Assembly (NCBI RefSeq): GCF_001194135.2 | Contig: NC_068984.1 | Span: 15,879,389 to 15,943,388 of the forward strand | Direction: 5' to 3' | DNA length: 64,000 nucleotides | Source of the DNA: Octopus bimaculoides | Lineage: Eukaryota | Made by a program: the position numbers and the translations under genes | Part shown: positions 34,041-48,080 of the stretch, in pieces | Numbering within the stretch: position 1 is the stretch's first letter | Layout of the letters: every line of letters begins with the position of its first letter | The notes under the pieces: generated by a model | Told to the model about the DNA's origin: nothing | Database searches by the model: none | What the model saw: the letters and a program-made list of their open reading frames with translations, nothing else

Positions 34041-36813
34041 GGCACAGATATGGCTATGTGGTAAAGATGCTTGCTTCCCAACTATGTGGCCTTTGGTTCA
34101 TTTCCATTGTGTGGCACTTTTAGCAGGAGTCTTCTACTATATCTCTTGCTATGATACTATACAACCAAAGAGTTGTGAGTGGATTTGATAAACAGAATTA
34201 GAAGAAACCCATTTTGTGTGTATTTGTGGGTATAGAGTGAAGGCCTGTGGCCTGGTGGTTTGGATGTTGTCCTCGTGATCACAAGATCATGGGTACTGCA
34301 TTGTGCTCTTGAGCAAAAACAATTCATTGCATGTTTTGTGATCACCTCAGTGTCTGAGGTGTGGCACACCGTGCACCTGTATGGGCAATATTAATTTGAT
34401 GGAGAAAGTGAGCTATGTACAACACAAGCGTTTGATAAGTATACACAAATCACCCGTGTAGTTTGATCTGCAAGAAATTACAGAACCCTCTTTCTCACAC
34501 TTCAGAGACTACCATTTATATAGAAGTGCTGTTTGTCTCACTCACACTTAACAAGAAAACTTCTCACACACTCTACCACAATGGACCAAACTACGTCTCT
34601 ACATCCCTTTTCTGTTTCATGTACTACGATTACCTCCCACTCCCCAATCCTGTCCTCTTGGCCCAATGCCACTGTATCATTGCTCTCTGCTTGCCCTTGA
34701 CCTGTGAATTCTACCCACATGCCTTGTCTCACTCTGTTATTGCCAACTGCTAGCCCCTGACCTGGGTGTTCCACCCACACGTAACAAGAAAACTTTTCCT
34801 CTCATCTGACCCCCACAAACCAATCTACATCTCTTTGCTTTCTTGCATTTCCTCCATTCACTATACCTAGCCCTCACTCCCCAATCCTGTCCCTTTGTAT
34901 CATTGTTATCGCTTGGCTTGATGAGTCTTATCAAGCACAGCATATCACCAAAAGTCTCAGTCACAAGTCTTCACCTCTGTGAGGCTCAACATTCAAAGGT
35001 CATACTACCAGCAACGATTACGATTTCATGGGTGCCACTTAAATGACACCAGCAACAACCACAACTATGATTTCACTTGGTTTGGTGAGTCTTCTCAAGC
35101 ATAGCATAATCGCCAAATGTCTTGGTCACCAGTCATCGCCACCATGAGGCTCAACAGTCAAAGGTCATGCCTTCCTAGGTCTACCTCATATATATATATT
35201 ATCATTTAATGTCCATTGTCCATGCTGGAATGGGTTGAATGGTTTGACCAGAGCTGGCAAGCTGAATCAGACTCCAGTCTGATTTGGCCTGGTTTCTGCA
35301 GCTGGATGCCCTTCCTAATGCCAACCACTTTACAGAGTGTGCTGAGTGTTTTTACGTGGCACCTCATGAGATTATAGTGTTTGTGTACATCCTCATACTG
35401 ACATCATGTGATGGTTGTAAATGAGCATATTGTTTGTTTCCAGTCTTCTGTGAAAAATATATCTGGCTGTAGGAAATATCACTTTTCCTGAAAGCAGGTA
35501 AGGGTTGAAGACACAAAAGGAATCCAGCCATAGAAAATCTGCCTCAATAGATTCCGTCTGGTACATGCAAACATGGAAAAGTGGACGTTAAATTATGAGG
35601 ATTTGGTTACTTACTTTATAACAGAGAAAAATTAATAAAAAGCAATTGAACTCTTAGTAATGTTAAAATATTTTATATTTATTGAAATCCAGCACAAGAA
35701 AATGTACAACTTATCTAAATATATTACAAATAATGACAGAAATCTTAAAAAAAAAAAAAGAAGAAGCAAAGCACTCACAACCAGGTTGGTCTTATTGAAG
35801 TAGATTTTGAAGAACGCAAAAATTTTTACAAAAAATGTAAAAAATAAAAAAATAAACAAGAAAAACAACTTGAAAACAAACAAAAAAAAATTCTAAGTTT
35901 GATTTTCTTTATTGTTTTAGTAAAATTTATAATTCTGAATTTTTTTTTTTTTAAATACATATAACAAGAGTTCACCTGATTTGTGGAGCTTTTGCTTGTT
36001 TATATACAATAGTAACAAACATTTTTGAACAAAAAACTATTTGGAGTGAAATAAACAACACACTTGGATGGAACTACAGAGAAAATAATCTACTTTTGAT
36101 AAAAAAAAAAATTAAAAAAAAAATTTCAAATGGAAAGTTTGGAAGAATTAATGCTCAATTTAGTTTTACAGCTCACAATATCTAAGCCTTTAAAGTGAAG
36201 CAACTATAGGATTCCATATTTTTCTTCACACAACATTCAGATATTTATTTTCACAGAAAATCTCTGGGTGCCATATTTTTGCTTTAACATTGAAAGTTGG
36301 ATTCCAAATTCTAAGCTATTAATTCCACTCCAAACAGTTAAAACAAAGTACATAATTACAACTAATTACAAAACTATTGCATTTATTTTTTTAAGTAGCA
36401 CACGAGTAATAAAACTGCATAGTAACTGACTTAAAACCTTAGATTTTACGTGAAAAATTAGTTTTATTTTCACATCTCAGCACTTTTAATTATTCATTTT
36501 TATACACATTAACACAGATTGTTTAGTAATTGGCGGTGATTGAACCACATTCAATTGATTTATTGTGCAGTGTAAGATTAAAAGATACACCTTAAAGACA
36601 TTGCAATAAATAAATAGATTAAAAAAAACAAAAAAAAAATGATTTTGTAAATATTTTCGATTTGAACCTTCTGCTTTGTTCATGTCAGCCTGTTTACTGG
36701 AAAATTTGTTAATTTTTATTCCCTATTTACAGAAATTTAATTTAAATAAATGTATAACTTGAATTCTCAAAATTCAATGTAAATAAATAAATTGTCTTTC
36801 AAAACAAATATAA

Positions 36814-36852
<39 letters not shown>

Positions 36853-36853
36853 T

Positions 36854-36889
<36 letters not shown>

Positions 36890-37666
36890 ACATAATTAAG
36901 GGATCAGCAACAGTTGCTTCACCACATACCAAAGTTCAGAAATAGCAGCTAAAGTGCTGAAACTCCAACAGATAGCAGTACTTGTAACTCACAAAAGCAA
37001 AACAAGAAGTTTTGCCTTTGTGAGTTACAAGTACTGCTANNNNNNNNNNNNNNNNNNNNNNNNNNNNNNNNNNNNNNNNNNNNNNNNNNNNNNNNNNNNN
37101 NNNNNNNNNNNNNNNNNNNNNNNNNNNNNNNNNNNNNNNNNNNNNNNNNNNNNNNNNNNNNNNNNNNNNNNNNNNNNNNNNNNNNNNNNNNNNNNNNNNN
37201 NNNNNNNNNNNNNNNNNNNNNNNNNNNNNNNNNNNNNNNNNNNNNNNNNNNNNNNNNNNNNNNNNNNNNNNNNNNNNNNNNNNNNNNNNNNNNNNNNNNN
37301 NNNNNNNNNNNNNNNNNNNNNNNNNNNNNNNNNNNNNNNNNNNNNNNNNNNNNNNNNNNNNNNNNNNNNNNNNNNNNNNNNNNNNNNNNNNNNNNNNNNN
37401 NNNNNNNNNNNNNNNNNNNNNNNNNNNNNNNNNNNNNNNNNNNNNNNNNNNNNNNNNNNNNNNNNNNNNNNNNNNNNNNNNNNNNNNNNNNNNNNNNNNN
37501 NNNNNNNNNNNNNNNNNNNNNNNNNNNNNNNNNNNNNNNNNNNNNNNNNNNNNNNNNNNNNNNNNNNNNNNNNNNNNNNNNNNNNNNNNNNNNNNNNNNN
37601 NNNNNNNNNNNNNNNNNNNNNNNNNNNNNNNNNNNNNNNNNNNNNNNNNNNNNNNNNNNNNNNNNN

Positions 37667-37731
<65 letters not shown>

Positions 37732-38529
37732 GGAAGGAAGGAGAAAAAGCAAAAAAGTCAAGAGGAACACTTGATATTTTCACATAAAGAAATCCTTTTC
37801 CTAAACTGAACCACAGAGAACTTGCATTATAAACTTTTAAACAGACATGGAAGTTGACTGAAACGCTGATCCTTCAAAGACTTGATCTCAGTTCAGAAAG
37901 ACTCAGTAAAGAAATAAGAAAGACTATTTTAATTAGTATTACTGAAATAGCAATTCATTTTACAATAAACTATCAATAGTAGTAACCAGCAGGAAAAAAC
38001 TGGATGAGAACCATAGATAAGCTTGAAATCAATTGATATTGAGATGGGGCTACCATAAAATTGCTTTATTACTGTAACAAATATTAATGTTAAATACAAG
38101 TTACAAGACAACTATTAATTACATTTGAGAGTGAAAAAGCTAAATTAAAATCTTAGACAGCTAATTAACATGGCGGTTTAATAAACCAGTTCTAAGGCAA
38201 ATAATATAAATAAAATATTTTTAAAAAGAAAGAGTTGAAAATTTATCAAAACTCACTACATCAATTGTTCAGTAGTTAAGCAAATTGTTCAAAGAAGATT
38301 GGTAAAGAGTATTATGGAAAGCTTTCAAAATATTAATTTCGAAAACTGACCTTCGGAGATCATAGAGAAAGAATTGTTCTTGGAGTAAATTAAGAAAGAC
38401 ATGTATATATGTGTGTGTGTGTGTGTGTTTGATGATAGTAAACAGAGAGCAACAAGAACAAAAAAAAAAGTATACATATGCGAGTACACACACACACATA
38501 AGTTTGAATACATTAAATAAATGTTCTAG

Positions 38530-38673
38530 TCAGCAACAACTGAAATCCCAAAGCTTTACTGTTTTATCGTAGGAACCAGAAACTATAATGAAGTCACTAA
38601 ACTGCAAACAAGTGACACCATCAGAATGATTTCGTAGAGTTATCAGTCGTTTTCCTGTCTCCAAATTCCATAC
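38530..38673 (-). CDS. F-box/WD40 protein, terminal exon (VWNLETGKR...WD7...LWDFSCC*)
   Basis: ttttgtacag acceptor, phase 0, TGA at 38530-38532. Confidence 0.92.
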   Translation of the reverse strand, partial: VWNLETGKRLITLRNHSDGVTCLQFSDFIIVSGSYDKTVKLWDFSCC

Positions 38674-38809
38674 CTGTACAAAAGAAAAATACAAGAAAAG
38701 ATTCATTAATAATTTCTTCAGGAAAATGAATCAGGCCTACCAAGGCCTTGTGAGTGGATTTTGTAGATGGAAACTGAAAGAAGCCTGGAATATATATTTA
38801 TTGTATATG

Positions 38810-38925
<116 letters not shown>

Positions 38926-39602
38926 TACATCTTGACATCATGTGATAGTTGTAACTGATTGTCATTCATTCCTGATATTCGGTATAAACATGTCCGCCAT
39001 GGGGCCAGACTTGGAAACAGGTGAAGGTTGGCAACAGGAAGAGCATCTGTCCACAGAAAATCTGCCCAAGCGAGCATAGAGAAAGTGGATGTTAAAATGA
39101 TGAAGTCACAAACATAAACATCTTCTTGGCCCTTTCATTCTTGCCCCCTGCAAGGATGTTAATGGGGTGCACCAGCACCTGGCTGCTACGCATTTATAAC
39201 AGAGTAGACTAGAGCAATGGAAAAATGAAGTGCCTTGCTCAAGAACACAACACTCTGCCTGGTTCAAGAATTGAACCTACAGCCTTATGATCACGAATCC
39301 AACATTGTAAACACTAAGGCCATGCACCTTGAAAATGAATATAACATGTCAGAAACTGAAAATAAGAAATTTATATTTTGGAAGTTTGGAATTCAATCAA
39401 TCAAGAACATCATGATAGAAATAGTGGAGTGACATTCTGAATACCTCGCAATATTTAGTTACCTTTATATTGTAAGTTGGAGTTGACAAACTTTCTTTCT
39501 CTTTGTGGTACTGGTATTATATAAATCACCTTTTCACATATTTAGTGCCAATGTGACAAATCCTTATTATACAACATTCCGTGAATATATAATTTAATTT
39601 CA

Positions 39603-39707
39603 TAATTTAATCTATAATTTAATCTATAATTTAATCTATAATTTAATCTATAATTTAATCTATAATTTAATCTATAATTTAATCTATAATTTAATCTATA
39701 ATTTAAT
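39603..39707. repeat. 12-bp minisatellite (TATAATTTAATC)n, ~9 copies
   Basis: Direct read of the tandem array. Confidence 0.9.
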
Positions 39708-41790
39708 TTCATTAATTTTCAAGTAAATGAAATGATGTCAAGAAAATCAAAAATCAAATCATAATCAAATGGAAATTGAAGTTGTGGCTGATGCCAGTGC
39801 CGCCAAACTGGCTCCTGTGCTGGTGGCATGTAAAAAGTACCATCCGAAAGTGGTTGATGCCAGATCTCCTGTCCTGACTGGCTCCTGTGCCGGTAGCACA
39901 TAAAAAGCAACATCTGAACATGGCCAAAGCCAGTCCCACCTGACTAGCTCCTGTGCTGGTGGCATATAAAAAGCACCCAACTATACTCTTGGAGTGGTTG
40001 GCGTTAGGAAGGGTATCCAGCTGTAGAAACATTGCCAGATCAAATTGGAACCTGGTGCAGCCTCCTGGCTTGCCAGTCCTCAGTCAAACCATCCAACCCA
40101 TTCCAGCATAGAATACGGACGTTAAACAATGGTGATGATGATCCATATAAATGTCAGCTTTATTAATGCATAACAATTCACTGAGGAGACTTTATAAAAC
40201 TGAAACATGCCTGGAGCTGTCCCTGTAGTGTCAGCAACAGACTTATTTCCTACTGCGTTGTCTAGATTCTATGAAGAAGTGGCAGAGTCATTGGACTGTT
40301 GGTATTTGTTCTGATTATCTGCATCTGAGCTCAAACTCCAGTGAGGTCACCTATGCATTTTATCCTCTCAGAGTCAATAAAACTTAATCAAGTGTGGCAG
40401 ATTGGCACAACAGTAAAAACATCTAACGAATTACTGAGCAGTATTTCTTGCAATTATTTGCATTTCGAGTTCAAATCTTGTCATGGTCTACTTAGGTAGT
40501 AGACTTCATCTGATGTCCATTTTAACACCCCTCTCTGGCACCTTAGGTGCCTTTAGCAGAGTCCACTTTGTTTCTAATTTTAGGATACCTTCCACCCCAT
40601 CCCACCAATCTTGGAGGTAGTGTAAAGGATCATGACCTTCCCTCTTGAGTATAAGTTTAAAAAAAGAACAAAAAAACTATCCAAGTTATCTCCCCTGCAT
40701 TTCTTGACCAAAATTAAAACGCTTAAGTTTTTGCCTCCTCACTGCAAGTGTAATTGTAATTAATTTACTGATCCAAGAAAGTCTATATTAAGTTAAATAT
40801 GTTAACACTGATCTTATCGTTTAGTTTTCATGCAGAGTGTATCCCTGAGTAATTTCTTCCTAATCTATTTAAAAATTAAAGAAAAACATAAACACTGCAA
40901 ATTCAAATTATTCCTTGTTTTAATTATAAATGTTTCATCATGAAAACTCTACTATCTCCCCAACACTTCACCTCATCCTCCCTACCTACCCACCCATCCT
41001 CAATTCTCTATCCCACTCCACACTATTCTCTCTTTCTGCCCCTTCTTATACTCTGAGAGTCCTCCCTGATACCTCACCTCCACTATCTTTTCTCCCATTC
41101 CTGTTGGGGTGCCCATGTATATCCTCTACAGCAAGACAACCGTCCATATCTCACTCTCCTACTTTAGCTTCTCTACACATGACACAATGCCACCTCCCTC
41201 AGTACTGCACCAGGTGAAATGCTTAGCGGTATTTCGTCTGCCGCTACGTTCTGAGTTCAAATTCCACCGAAGTCAACTTTGCCTTTCATCCTTTCAGGGT
41301 CAATTAAATAAGTACCAGTTACACACTGGGGTCGATATAATCGACTTAATCCCTTTGTCTGTCCTTGTTTGTCCCCTGTGTGTAGCTCCTTGTGGGCAGT
41401 AAAGAAATAAGAAACATTAGCACACCAGGCGAAATGCTTAGCGGTATTTCGTCTGTCTTTATGTTCTGAGTTCAAATTCCACCAAGGTCGACTTTGCCTT
41501 TCATCCTTTCGGGGTTGATAAATTAAGTACCAGTCATGTACTGGGGTCGATCTAATCGACTAGTTCCTTCTCCAAAAATTTCGGGCCTTGTACCTAGAGT
41601 AGAAAAGAATGGTGGTTGCTTGTGATAGGACTTCATGGATAAGGTGTCCGAAAACTCTACCCACCCCCTCCCCCATGACACTTCCATGAATAGTAAGAGG
41701 AGAATATGGATGTGTGGAAGAGGAGTTTGAATTCAGAACACGGTTGAAACAGAACAGAAAATAATCTGAAGGCAATGTTAATAAGCTTAC

Positions 41791-41848
41791 TTTGATAGTT
41801 TTGTCATCAGCAGCACTTACAACCCTCCAGGAATCAGCTTGGAGACAT
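41791..41848 (-). CDS. F-box/WD40 protein exon ((R)CLQADSWRVVSAADDKTIK)
   Basis: taag acceptor, gtaagc donor, phase 2-0. Confidence 0.92.
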
Positions 41849-43572
41849 CTTAAATAAAATAAAATAAATAAATACTTAAAATACAAACAAACAATAGCTG
41901 TAGTTTCTACAGTTAACACTAAAAGAAAGAAAATTTTTTGAATGTAAAAAGTTTCTAAAGATTTTTCAAATTTTTTTTTTTTTTTTTTTGCTGAAGTTAA
42001 CATTAAATTCATCAGATTAAAATGAAATTCCATAGAATAACACTACACTTAATTGTTTAGCTACGAACTCATTTAACTTTCAGAAAATCTGAGTGAGGAA
42101 AGGGGAGAGGAAATAAATTTGAAATATTTTTGTTCAATCAGCAGCCAGAGAAACTACAGTGGTAATAAGAATAACAGACAAAAAATTGCTGGGCTGCTAA
42201 TAGATCAAACAGAAAAGCCAGAAAGTGAGAGTGTGTTGCCATAATCTCCCATAGTAATCTACAGTTTGCTGCCAACCAACCAACCAACCAGCTTGCAGCA
42301 TATTTCTTAGATTACTTTACATTTAGATTTGGGTTAAATTAGTCTATAGTTTGCATATATTTTATCAGCCTTACACACTGCCTCCTCCCGACCGCTAATA
42401 TATATATTATTTATTTAAGGTCACAGTACATGTATTGAAGTACTACTAACAGTTCCATATGTTGAGAGAACTCAGACATATTCTTCAGGTGTGTGTGTAT
42501 GTGTATAAAATCATATTCAATTTCTTTAGTTTGTTATATGTGGTTTGCACCTGAAGAATATATTTGAATTCTCACAACAGTAGCACTTTAATACATGTAT
42601 TGTAACCTTAAATAAACAATATTTATCTCTCAACAGATGGACTACTTTTTTTGTTGAATTTTCTTCAAGGATCAGTACATTATATGTGTATGTATGTGTG
42701 CACACACACACACATATATATATATAAATACACTCACACACATACATACATATCATCATCATTGTTTAATGTCCGCTTTCCATGCTAGCATGGGTTGGAC
42801 GATTTGACAGAGGACTGGCGAACCAGATGGCTGCACCAGGCCCCAATCTGATCTGGCAGAGTTTCTACAGCTGGATGCCCTTCCTGATGCCAACCACTCC
42901 GAGAGTGTAGTGGGTGCTTTTTATGTGCCACCGGCCTGAGGGCCAGTCCGGCGGTACTGGCAACGGCCACACTCAAATGGTGTTTTTTTACGTGCCACCT
43001 GCACAGGAGTCAGTCCAATTTAATAAAATTTAATATGTACTCCATGCATGAAGTGTCACTGTTGGGCCCAAAACCTAATGAAGAGCCCTCCACAGGAGCT
43101 AACTTAAAATCTGCCTGCTAGGGTGACTTTTAAGCTAGTATGTGTATGTTTGTGTATAACCTTGTCTTGACATCATATGCTTGTCATTGAGCATCACCAT
43201 CATACAAAGATGAAGTACATTTCCAATCTTCTGTGAAAGTCATGTCTGACCAAGTGCATATATGACCTTGTTTGGAAACAGGTAAGCGTTGGTGACAGGA
43301 AGGGCATCCAGCCGTAGAAAATGCTCAACATATTTTGTCTGAGCCATGGAAAGGTGGATGTTAAACAATCTATATCTGTGTGTGCGAATGTGTGTGGATA
43401 TATATGATGGATAGATAAATAGATAGCTGCTGTCTAATAATTTTGGTGCTTTGGTTACTTACACAAACGATAATTGTTTTAATTTTTATAAAAATAAACC
43501 AAGCTGAAAATTAGGTATGTCTTAAGAAAAGGATCTCAGTTTAAAAATAGCGAGAAGTGCATTATACTTTAC

Positions 43573-43766
43573 CTGACTACACCCGTGTGTCCTTCAGCAG
43601 CTTTCCAGTCAATAGTGTTAACACACACTCCAGTGTGGATGTCCCAAAATTTGAGGTTACAATCGAGCGACCCACTAACAATTCGAGTTGAATCAAACTG
43701 CAGACAAGTGACAGCATTCTGATGACCATCCAATGTCATGATACAGTTAGCATCAAAATTCCAAAC
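43573..43766 (-). CDS. F-box/WD40 protein exon (VWNFDANCIMTLDGHQNAVTCLQFD...AEGHTGVV)
   Basis: aacag acceptor, gtaaag donor, phase 0-2; WD5 and the start of WD6. Confidence 0.93.
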
Positions 43767-44781
43767 CTGTTTAATAAATAAAGCTTAATTAATTAATTAA
43801 TTAAAAAGAAATGTGAGGGTGTGTTGCCATAATCTCCTATAGTACCTACATAGGTAGTGGGGCTCCGAAAGTGGTCTCAAGGAGTAGCGTCCCTGCCTTC
43901 CTGAGATAGTTTTCCACTATATCTCTTAAAAATCATGGTAGAGGCCATGGTCTTGGGACCACTCATGTCTAGAAACTGAGGTCGGGGGTAAGCAAGGGCA
44001 TACTCCCCATAGAAAGTCCAGCTCCAAAAAAGCCTTATGATAGCAAAGGAGAATGGGCACCAGCCCGCCCAAAGGTTGGGGTGGGCATGCACCTGCCTAC
44101 CTCAGTTGCTATGGCATTGAAGTAGATCTGGCCACCGCCATTAACGGGGTCAAAACCCAGATTTAAAACACTGGATGATAATGAAATGTCTGGTAGTAAT
44201 ATTTCAAAAGTATTCCATCTAATAGAGTGGCTGTGTGGTTAAGAAGTTTGCCTTGCATCCACATGATTTTAGTTTCAGTCCCACTGCATGGCACCTTGGC
44301 CAACCAATGCTTTGTGAATGAATTTGGTAGGTGGAAGCTTGATGTCTGTGTATCTGTATACATGCGTATGTCTTTGTGTTCATTCTCCCACCACTGCTTA
44401 ACAACCGGTGCTGGTTTGTTTACATTCCCATAACAGTGCTTCAGCAAAAGAGACTGATAGATAAAAAATAAGTACGGGGGTTAATTTGTATGACTAAACC
44501 CTTAAAGGCTGTGCCCCAGCATGGCCACAGTCCAATGGCGGGATCAAGTAAAAGATATGGTTGATGCTGCAACAACCCCACCATCTGTAACAGTTCCTCA
44601 AATCTATGATAATCCATTTGTGTTGAGCAATGAAGATTTTAAGTAAATGAGAGCAAGCATGGAAATGTAGGCTAAGAAGTTCCTTTGCGGCTATATGGTT
44701 TTTGGTTCAATCTCACTGTGCAGTACCTTTGGTATTGCCTTGAACAAAATAGTTCAATATCTTTTTTAATGAAGGCTTAGT

Positions 44782-45158
44782 GGAGGCGCAATGGCCCAGT
44801 GGTTAGGGCAGTGGACTCACGGTCATAGGATCGCGGTTTCGATCCCCAGACTGGGCGTTGTGAGTGTTTATTGAGCGAAAACACCTAAAGCTCCACGAGG
44901 CTCCGGCAGGGGATGGTGGCGAACCCTGCTGTACTTTTCCACCACAACTTTCTCTCACTCTTACTTCCTGTTTCTGTTGTGCCTGTAATTCAAAGGGTCA
45001 GCCTTGTCATGCTGAATATCCCCGAGAACTACGTTAAGGGTATACGTGTCTATGGAGTGCTCAGCCACATGCACGTTAATTTCACGAGCAGGCTGTTCCG
45101 TTGATCGGATCAACTGGAACCCTCGACGTCGTAAGCGACAGTGCCAACAAACAAAAAC
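44782..45158 (+). mobile_element. SINE family C copy
   Basis: Near-identical to 33656-34040. Confidence 0.9.
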
Positions 45159-45732
45159 AGTCAAAGAAGGAAGGGCAACTCCCATAACTGTTTCCAGGTA
45201 TCCTTGGGTGCCTTTAACAAAGTATTTTGTTGCAAAGTCATTGGGAAATGTATAGTGCTTTCCAAAATTCCTGAGTGAGGGATTAAGTCTACCAGCCATG
45301 AACAGAAATAATCCTGCTAATGGGCTTTCGCATAGTTACTATCTATCAAATCTTATGCATAGGAGTTAGACAGATGGCACCTGGTCAAGGTGCTACGCAG
45401 TGGGATCGAATCCAGAACATGATTGGAATTAGGAAGACAGAAACTATGCAAAAGCTCATCATTATAACGTCCACTTTTCCATGCTTGCATGGGTTGGACA
45501 AAGACTTAATGAGGTAGATTTTCTATGGTCAGATAGTAGAAACCTTTTGTCCATGTTGCCAAGCAGCGGGACTGAATCCAAAATCACAAGGTTGCAAAGA
45601 AAACTTCTTAAAAACACAACCATGCTTGCATCTTATACAATCCCTGCAATAAACAATATTGATCTAATATCTGCTAGATCAGAGTTAATTAGGTTGATTA
45701 TGAACTTTCAAGTTAATAAAAGAATTAATCAC

Positions 45733-45811
45733 CTTGATTGTTTTGTCTGCCGAGCCAGATACAATTTTTGACTCATTGAAGCGTACACATAGAACTGCAG
45801 CTGAATGGCCC
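45733..45811 (-). CDS. F-box/WD40 protein exon ((R)GHSAAVLCVRFNESKIVSGSADKTIK)
   Basis: tttttag acceptor, gtgatt donor, phase 2-0. Confidence 0.92.
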
Positions 45812-45896
45812 CTAAAAAGAAATATAACATTTAATACAAGCTTATGTCAACCTGCATGCAGTAATACCATGAAATCAAAATTGAAATTTCAAATTT

Positions 45897-46824
45897 TTAA
45901 CTCTTTAGTGTTCAGATTATTCTATCAAATGTAATGCTTATCGATTCAAATTATTTTGAATCAATCCTGCACCATCCCATATCTTCAAGCTTTTGATGAT
46001 GTGATTATTTAATCCAGGTAGGTGTGACAGAGCCTGGTCAGTTTGAACGTAAAACATGAAATATTTTGGCCAGATATGGCCAGTTTAAATGGTAAAGGGC
46101 TAAACATCTAATAGTATAAGAAATTATTTCTAGGTTTGTTCTCAAGTAATTTTGGAGTTATAACCACGAAAGGTAATAAATGGAATTCAAACCTACAAAG
46201 CACCAACTTCAGATTATATTTTTTACAAACAAAATATATATCATGCACATTAATTTAATGTTTTTGTCATAAAATACATTAACCCTTTAGCATTCAGATT
46301 ATTCGGTCAAAACTTAATGCTTATTTATTCACATTGTTTTGAATTAATCATGCATTATCTCATAGCTTTGAGATTTTGATGATGTGACTGTAAATTTTTA
46401 CAATGACAGAGTAAAGTAGGTGTGAGAGGCCAGATCAGGCCAGTTTGAATATAGATCAAATAGAATATTTTTGGCCACATATCATCATCATTTAACGTCC
46501 GCCTTCCATGCTAGCATGGGTTGGACGATTTGACTGAGGACTGGTGAACCATATGGCTGCACCAGGCTCCAATCTGATCTGGCAGAGTTTCTACAGCTGG
46601 ATGCCCTTATAATGCCAACCACTCCGAGAGTGTAGCGGGTGCATTTATGTGCCACCGGCACGAGGGCCAGTCAGGCGGTACTGGCAACAGCCACACTTAA
46701 AATGGTGTTTTTTACATGCCACCTGCACAGGAGCCAGTCCAGTGGCACTGACAATGACCTTGCTTGAATGTTTTTCACGTGCCAGTAAGGCAATATATGT
46801 CCAGCTTAAATGCTAAAGAGTTAA
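45897..46824. mobile_element. Two TTAA-flanked MITE family 2 copies (45897-46103; 46279-46824, the latter with a family B insertion)
   Basis: ttaac(c/t)ctttag ... taaatg(c/g)taaag(a/g)g(t/c)taa termini and a shared interior. Confidence 0.7.
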
Positions 46825-46996
46825 ATTATGTGACCTATATTTAGTGAATTCCTAATGAGCCAGTAAAATATAACACAATATCAACTTCTATAACAAGTTT
46901 GAAGAATAGTTGAGAGTAAAAGATAAATTCGATCAACATTATTCCATTTCTCGCTGACCAAAATAAACTGCTTAACCAAAATTGCAATATTTTTAC

Positions 46997-47085
46997 CTGA
47001 GTTTCATTTTACATTCTCCTGTTCGAATATCCCATACTTTCAGTGTTTTATCATAAGAACCACTTATTAACTTCTCGTCGTCTGC
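46997..47085 (-). CDS. F-box/WD40 protein exon ([29 protein letters not shown])
   Basis: tctgtag acceptor, gtaaaa donor, phase 0-2. Confidence 0.93.
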
Positions 47086-47679
47086 CTACAGAAACAAAAA
47101 ATATTAAATTGTATATGGAGTGATTATGATCATTTTTCTTATTTCTTTGGTAAAAACTTTAAAAAAACTAAGTTCGAGAGAAAGAAGAAACGTTGCCTGT
47201 GTAGACAAACACTTGAAGTATGTTTTCATATTATAAGGTGCCTCTATACTATAAAGTCTGTCATGAGCTTAGAGGCAAATCTTATCCAGATTTCTTGTTA
47301 TAAGGTGTCTCTACAGTGTAAAGTCTCTCTTGAGATCCATGAGGTCAGAGCTTATCCAGATTTTCAAGGAATTTAGGTGACTTAAAATACAAAACTTCTC
47401 TCTGAAGACCCTGAAAGCCTTCACAGAGTTAATTCCCAGCTACTGGTGGTACTCATTTTTCAGCTTAGGGGATTGGAGGAATGTGAAATGAAGTGGCAAC
47501 TTCCATGCGGTCACTTGATCTGCTAGAAAGAGCATTCAAATTTCCTTTAAATTACTTCCTGTCGTAAAGGAGAGGACATTGGATATTGTAGTCAATGATA
47601 CACAGACTGGAAAAAAAACAAAAGAGAGGACAATCATGACTAGAGCACCTTTGATCACAGATCTTTGTTATCTGTTTGT

Positions 47680-48080
47680 TGAATCTGGAGGAAAGGTTAT
47701 TGCTCATGGCTTTTGCAGACCCTTGGAGGTCAGTGAACTTGAAAGCAGACGTTCTAGGAAGCAAGGCCAGAGTATAGTGGTTAATATGTGTGTGTGTGTG
47801 CAGGTTGGATGCACTAAGAGTGATGAGAGGTGGAGAGACAAGTAGATTGAGGTGTTTGAATGGTGGAGGTACAAGACCAGTTAGTTTTGAGGAACAGAGA
47901 TGATTAGAGTAGCAATAAAAAAAGACAGAGATAGGAGACAGCACACTTGTGGGCTAGAGGTTGGAGCATGTCAATTGGTGACTAAATTTCATTTAATCAC
48001 AGGACACTTTCAATGTGGTCCAGGATGACTGTGGTGATTAAAGCTGATATGGGTGGGGCCAGACAGCAACAATTAAATAT
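47680..48080 (-). mobile_element. Decayed LINE 3' region (CR1/Jockey-like)
   Basis: FYCYSNHLCSSKLTGLVPPP...NHYTLALLPRTSA resembles the FYRY..G.CS.EL..LVP / SFFPRT C-terminal motifs. Confidence 0.5.

Noticed and set aside
31488-37787. Long ORFs in the track (e.g. 328, 314, 277, 273, 248 aa; also 23870-24556)
   Set aside because: They consist of X from N-gaps plus microsatellite translation.
43860-44160. GC-richer segment resembling an RTE-type 5' UTR, possibly with an HDV-like ribozyme
   Set aside because: I could not fold a nested double pseudoknot by eye; it needs a structure-based search.
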